Source: Octopus sinensis (lineage: Eukaryota). Taken from it: a DNA stretch of 64,000 bases. The notes below the pieces were generated by a model, which was not told the origin of the DNA, did no database searches, and worked only from the letters and a program-made list of their open reading frames with translations. Below, in pieces: positions 63,219 through 64,000 of the stretch (within the stretch, counting starts at the first letter, position 1; each line of letters opens with the position of its first letter). Position numbers and translations under genes: made by a program. The DNA lies in contig NC_043015.1 in assembly GCF_006345805.1 (NCBI RefSeq), positions 47,058,001 through 47,122,000 of the forward strand. The letters are read 5' to 3'.

Positions 63219-63416
63219 CAGTGGTTCCCAAACTATGAGTCGCAACCCATCTGTGGGTCGTGAATGGAATCTTAGTGGGTCGCAAAAAGTCATAAAATTA
63301 CGCATTAGCTTTGATTAACTGCTGTCTATCGAAATAGTTCAGTAGAGTTAAGTGGGTCGTCATAAACTGGTGTGATAAATAGTGGGTCGTAACTCTAAAA
63401 ATTTTGGGAACCACTG
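63219..63416. mobile_element. hAT MITE
   Basis: TIR CAGTGGTTCCCAAA. TSD ATTTAGTT at 63211-63218 and 63417-63424. Confidence 0.92.
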
Positions 63417-63489
63417 ATTTAGTTCCTTACCTTGTATACTACACCTGAGTGCTAAAACTGACTACTGGAGCCCGGTGCAGAAGTGTTCC

Positions 63490-63800
63490 TGCAGATACTT
63501 CACCTGCAGAAGTATTCCAACTATGATTTCTTGTCAGCCACAACCATCTTGGGCTAGTTCCAGCTGCCATGGCTATTTCCTAGGTAATTTTCTTCAGTTG
63601 TTTGGGCTCCAAACTAATCCTCTACAGAAATAGCACAAAAAACTGCAGCAGCTGACTTCAGCAGTGAATGAGACCGTGTACCATTCTTTTACAAGAGCCT
63701 CATGAACCAAGTCCTTATATTTGATTTTCTTCAGTTGGTAAGAAATATCAAGTCTGTCTTCCTAGAGCCCTGTAAGATAAATTACAGCATATACAGCTGC
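63490..63800 (-). pseudogene. Restriction-like-endonuclease (NeSL/Hero/R4-type) LINE C-terminal fragment
   Basis: IYLTGL*EDRLDISYQLKKIKYKDLVHEALVKEWYTVSFTAEVSC...EPKQLKKIT*EIAMAAGTSPRWLWL, which fits the ELTxPWE..K..KY..L..GW..EVG pattern. Confidence 0.7.
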
Positions 63801-64000
63801 GTGCGTGCGCACATACACGCGAGTACTGTCCAAATCTCCAACCAATCATATACAGCCAGCTGGCATTCAATTGGCGTATCAAGTTTTGGGCATTTTGATT
63901 GGGTTTTGGATAGAAAATTCACAAAAAAGTCACTTCTATTGATTTTTTAATGGCTTTGCGGGGTGACTGGGAAATGTAAAGATGTGCACGACCACCCTTG

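Overview
Eukaryotic, AT-rich, very repeat-dense animal DNA. The SINE/LINE families look like those of octopus (inferred from repeat motifs, not a database match). There are no prokaryotic features, rRNA/tRNA genes or CRISPR arrays, and almost every ORF in the supplied track is a microsatellite or repeat artefact. By reading splice sites I recovered minus-strand exons of probably two unidentified host genes. Gene A has exons at 59354-59108 and 55702-55635, with weaker candidates at 56909-56839 and 49532-49488. Gene B has exons at 10838-10763, 7036-6866 and 41-<1 and begins with a signal-peptide-like MKLNLLLLVCLIF. The rest is tRNA-derived SINEs, RTE/BovB, CR1, restriction-endonuclease-type LINE, Penelope and Gypsy fragments, Tc1/mariner, hAT, piggyBac-like, Merlin-like and Helitron-like elements, and microsatellites. 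Three signals stand out: (1) several unrelated short repeat families carrying minimal type-I hammerhead-ribozyme motifs, one with a 16-bp TSD, alongside a Penelope GIY-YIG fragment bracketed by inverted repeats; (2) SINE concatemers built from one head plus repeated ~184-bp bodies joined at a fixed palindromic junction; (3) an RTE 3' UTR motif expanded into a 24-bp/120-bp higher-order array.
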